From an uncultured virus (IMG/VR IMGVR_UViG_3300030104_006994) (taxonomy: Duplodnaviria > Heunggongvirae > Uroviricota > Caudoviricetes), in the IMG/VR virus record IMGVR_UViG_3300030104_006994: a DNA stretch of 20,000 nt; one strand, given 5' to 3'. The notes below the pieces were generated by a model, which was not told where the DNA came from, did not search any database, and saw only the letters and a list, made by a program, of their open reading frames with translations. A program made the translations under genes and the position numbers. Positions within the stretch are counted from its first letter, which is position 1; every line of letters starts with the position of its first letter. Positions 16,896 through 20,000 of the stretch are shown piece by piece.

Positions 16896-19800
16896 TATCT
16901 GTAGTCATATCCAGTTACGTAACTAGTAAATATACCCGTATGGATTCTTACAAAAGTATATACGTTAGTTCTATTAGCTGTTATTTTTGGAGCAGTGTTA
17001 TTACCATCTGCATCAGCTGGCATCATAACTGCATTTGGTGTGCCAGAGACAAAGTTCACTGACTGATCAGAAGCAGTTGTATTTTTTACATATAAAGTGA
17101 GAGTTTGTCCGTTTTTAGCGTTTAGGAAATCAAAACTGGAGACAGCTGAACTATTATCTTGAAATTGTATATTGCCACTAGACCAGTCTATCTTTTCTCC
17201 ATTACCAGTTGCGACTACAGAGTGGTAAGATACTCCACTTTGTATCTGAATGTCTCCAGAAACATACAAGCCAGAGGATCCTAAAACGCTGACATCACCG
17301 CTTATATCTCCACCTAATCTGGGATAAAAAGCGCCTGTGTCATGGTTGCCTATAACAAAACCGGTCATAGTATTATCGACTAAACTTCCAGTCATGCCAG
17401 TTCCCACTAGAGAACCTGTGTTATCCCAAACATTAATGGTGCTACCCATATTTGCATGCAGACCACATTGATAACCCAACCTTTCTGGCGCGTTTTGAGG
17501 GACTCTGAAAATAAGACTTTGCCCTTCTCCTGCTGCCCTTGAGTTTGTTACTCCACTCGTATATTCGTACGTATATGCCCCGCCATTACCTTGAGTTACG
17601 ATAATAAATGGGTGACTTGCTGCGGAAGCACTACTTCTAAATTTGTACGTATTACCTCTTTGCAGGTTTATTGTTATCCTATCTACTTGAGAAGTTTCAG
17701 CATGGCTGCCATCTACTACCTCGCTTAAGAGATATCTATTTCCTCCATCTATACTCTGTACTGTTATATCAAACTGTGTTGAATAAGTTCCACTCTCACT
17801 TAACTCAGTTAAGAAGTTACCTGTTTCGTGATCGCCTACAAAAGTTCCGCTAGTGTGAATATCTACAAATATTCCAGTTTCATGATCTCCAACAAACTGA
17901 CCAGATACTCCCGTGCCGACGAACTGGCCTGTCATACGAGTGTCTATAAAATCTCCAGTTGCATTTACGCCAACTAGAACACCCGTAGTCGATTCATCAA
18001 CAAAAATTCCAGTTTGAGACCTAAGAACAAAATTTCCTGTATCACCTGTATGAACTAGTATTCCTGTCATGTCTTGATCAACAAGATTTCCAGTCATATT
18101 TATGCCAACTAATAAATTGCCCGATTTGTGTATATCTACAAAGTCTCCAGTTTCAGAGGCTCCAACAAAGTCTCCAGAACCTTTAAATTCTAATCCATTT
18201 ACTCCAGTTTTTACAATGACTAGACTTCCCCCGTGCCCTGCGTAAGTTGACGGCGTATCGTTTAGAGCTGAAGTAAATAATCCTGTAAGCTCTCCTCCTC
18301 CATCTCCAGTGCCAGCAACTCCTGAAAAAGTTAAGCTATTTCCATCTGCCGCCACCACAACAGATTGCCCAGCAGATCCTAAAGATGCAGGCGTGTCGTC
18401 TAAATCAGTGAAGAATTGAGCTAAAATACCGGTCATGTCCGTATCAACGAGGTCGCCCGTCATTCTGATATCCACAAAATCTCCAGTCATTTCTTGACCA
18501 ACAAGATTTCCAGTGCTTGTTATAGCCGAGGCCCAAGTTACGTTACCCGCTCCATCTGTTTTTAAAAATTGATTACTAGATCCGTCGCCTGTTGGCATGG
18601 TGAAGGCTTCACTGAAAGTGACTAATCCGCTAGTATGTATTTTTAAAGCTGAAGGATTCTGCCCGCCCGGACGAGACTCACTATTAGACACAGATATCCC
18701 TGTATTAGCGAAAAATAAGATATCATGTTTATCTCCAATAACTAATTGCTTGCCACTCGCTCCTGCCCCTTTCAAATAATAATTCCCGCTACCTATATTA
18801 TTTAAAAGTTTTCCTGTTGAAGATATTCCTAATTTAAGAGTATCAGAATCGCTGTTCATTGCTATGAACTCAGCATAAGCTGCTCCAGTGAACTGGGATT
18901 TTAAAGAAGCGTATGCATCTAGTCCGTCGTCAGTAGAACCAGTCGCATTCATCACTATTCTTTCTGAATGGATCGTTTTCCATCTATTTGAGCTTTTGCC
19001 TAAATCTGTTACTCTAGTAGTATTAGGGAAAAAATCTTCTCCATTATCTATAGTTATACCAGAAGTCAAAAGGCCAGTGCTTGTCCATTTAGCAGAAATA
19101 TTATTAGGAACTCCACTGCCTACAACAAAGTCTCCTGTTTTTGCAGCCTCTGCAAATATGCCAGTTTCATGGTCTCCTACGAATGTACCAGACTCGTTCT
19201 TGCCAACTAAAATGCCTGTCTCGTGATCTCCTACAAAAGTACCCGATTCATTTTTGCCAACTAAAATTCCTGTATCTGAATTAGAAACAAAATCACCAAT
19301 ATCACTGCTTAATGCAAAATCTCCTGTTTTTATTTCTTTGCCACTTTGAAATATTTTTCCTGAAATGTCTGTGTCGGAATGCAGCACATGATTAAGACCG
19401 GAAGAGATGTACTGGCCTGTTGTGGTTTCTATAACGTGAACTTTATGTGCATCCGCAAAACCAGTAAAATAGTTTATTTTAGCAGTCGATCCTCCTATTT
19501 GATAAATATTAGTGCCAGAAGCAGACCTCATTTTAATAAAGCCATCTGTTCTAATAGCTATATTATCTCCGGCCGAATTTATAAAATTGTTAGAATTGGC
19601 GAACTGAATTTTTTCTCCAGTCGCCATAGTTACATCGCCACTAATTGTGCCGCCTACCGTCTTATCTAAATAGTTTCCAGTGCCTAAATGTAGATTCTTC
19701 GAAAAGGTTAGCCCTGTTCCATCAGGGTGACCAACAACAAACATATCGCCGCTAATTCCATCCGGGGTATCTGTAAGTCCTGAAAAAGTAGTATTAGTAG

Positions 19801-19927
19801 AAGCGACAGCATCCGCTATATCCTTCACGCTAGCGCTTCGGCTAACTCCGGAGTTAGCTACGATCATTAACCCTCCAGTTGGCACCGGGGATATCTGAGA
19901 AAGCTGAGATATTTTTTTATTGGCCAT
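16895..19927 (-). CDS. Long tail fibre protein, 1010 aa
   Basis: MANKKISQL anchor motif; LTDTP repeats; DLGKSSNRWK and DGSSNQFLKTDGAGNVTW fibre motifs; many 9-aa TGxxVxxxx repeats; a cupredoxin-like domain; C-terminal IDWSSGNIQ... domain. Confidence 0.88.
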   Translation of the reverse strand: MANKKISQLSQISPVPTGGLMIVANSGVSRSASVKDIADAVASTNTTFSGLTDTPDGISGDMFVVGHPDGTGLTFSKNLHLGTGNYLDKTVGGTISGDVTMATGEKIQFANSNNFINSAGDNIAIRTDGFIKMRSASGTNIYQIGGSTAKINYFTGFADAHKVHVIETTTGQYISSGLNHVLHSDTDISGKIFQSGKEIKTGDFALSSDIGDFVSNSDTGILVGKNESGTFVGDHETGILVGKNESGTFVGDHETGIFAEAAKTGDFVVGSGVPNNISAKWTSTGLLTSGITIDNGEDFFPNTTRVTDLGKSSNRWKTIHSERIVMNATGSTDDGLDAYASLKSQFTGAAYAEFIAMNSDSDTLKLGISSTGKLLNNIGSGNYYLKGAGASGKQLVIGDKHDILFFANTGISVSNSESRPGGQNPSALKIHTSGLVTFSEAFTMPTGDGSSNQFLKTDGAGNVTWASAITSTGNLVGQEMTGDFVDIRMTGDLVDTDMTGILAQFFTDLDDTPASLGSAGQSVVVAADGNSLTFSGVAGTGDGGGELTGLFTSALNDTPSTYAGHGGSLVIVKTGVNGLEFKGSGDFVGASETGDFVDIHKSGNLLVGINMTGNLVDQDMTGILVHTGDTGNFVLRSQTGIFVDESTTGVLVGVNATGDFIDTRMTGQFVGTGVSGQFVGDHETGIFVDIHTSGTFVGDHETGNFLTELSESGTYSTQFDITVQSIDGGNRYLLSEVVDGSHAETSQVDRITINLQRGNTYKFRSSASAASHPFIIVTQGNGGAYTYEYTSGVTNSRAAGEGQSLIFRVPQNAPERLGYQCGLHANMGSTINVWDNTGSLVGTGMTGSLVDNTMTGFVIGNHDTGAFYPRLGGDISGDVSVLGSSGLYVSGDIQIQSGVSYHSVVATGNGEKIDWSSGNIQFQDNSSAVSSFDFLNAKNGQTLTLYVKNTTASDQSVNFVSGTPNAVMMPADADGNNTAPKITANRTNVYTFVRIHTGIFTSYVTGYDYR
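19166..19273 (-). repeat. Tandem 54-bp duplication encoding TGILVGKNESGTFVGDHE twice
   Basis: Copies at 19220-19273 and 19166-19219 encode identical peptides with 10 synonymous differences. Confidence 0.9.
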
Positions 19928-19958
19928 GCCTTATTCCTTCTATATTATACACTTTTTT
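19928..19958 (-). promoter_or_regulatory. GTGTA promoter-like motif plus tandem AAGG leader
   Basis: Minus strand reads AAAAAAGTGTATAATATAGAAGGAATAAGGC-ATG; core (19948-19952) is 20 nt before ATG 19927. Confidence 0.7.
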
Positions 19959-20000
19959 AATGCAGTGGTATGTAGTTATCGACTAAGAGTGCATCTGATT
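19957..20000 (-). CDS. Probable 3' end of an upstream gene (...SDALLVDNYIPLH*)
   Basis: Open frame from the right edge to TAA at 19957-19959, abutting the promoter motif as other stops in this window do. Too short to verify. Confidence 0.35.
   Translation of the reverse strand, partial: SDALLVDNYIPLH

Noticed and set aside
4805..17825. Duplicated domain as a diversity-generating retroelement TR/VR pair
   Set aside because: Both copies are coding and internal, differences include indels and are not adenine-specific, and no reverse transcriptase is present in the window.
1..20000. Alternative genetic code or stop-codon readthrough
   Set aside because: TAA, TGA and TAG all end genes at sensible boundaries, and coding density is already very high under the standard code.
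1..20000. tRNA, rRNA, integrase, transposase, intron or intein
   Set aside because: Intergenic gaps are too short or already explained, and no such motifs were recognised.

Overview
This window is part of the late (virion morphogenesis) region of a large tailed dsDNA phage (Caudoviricetes). The host is probably diderm, given a spanin-like lipoprotein. Every credible gene is on the minus strand. In transcription order (high to low coordinate): a 1010-aa tail fibre plus a translationally coupled putative tip adhesin; a short fibre; a compact lysis cassette (holin, overlapping i-/o-spanin-like pair, secreted protein); a terminator; the head module (acidic protein, basic modular protein, prohead protease-scaffold fusion, decoration protein, major capsid protein); a cUUCGg terminator; then further tail/baseplate genes. 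The last of these is a >912-aa collagen-containing fibre that runs off the left edge and is missing from the ORF track. Most notable observations: (1) a herpesvirus UL26/UL26.5-like protease-scaffold with a nested internal start and L/V-x-A|S sites; (2) an adjacent basic modular protein punctuated by similar sites, a candidate cleaved head-cargo polyprotein; (3) a recurring GTGTA late-promoter-like motif giving near-leaderless mRNAs; (4) strong S/T-G dipeptide enrichment in fibre proteins but not in the capsid or scaffold; (5) two paralogous cupredoxin-like domains on different fibres; (6) a two-fold symmetric hairpin behind the lysis cassette that overlaps a possible antisense sigma70 promoter. 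All family assignments are from motif recognition by eye; no database searches were run.
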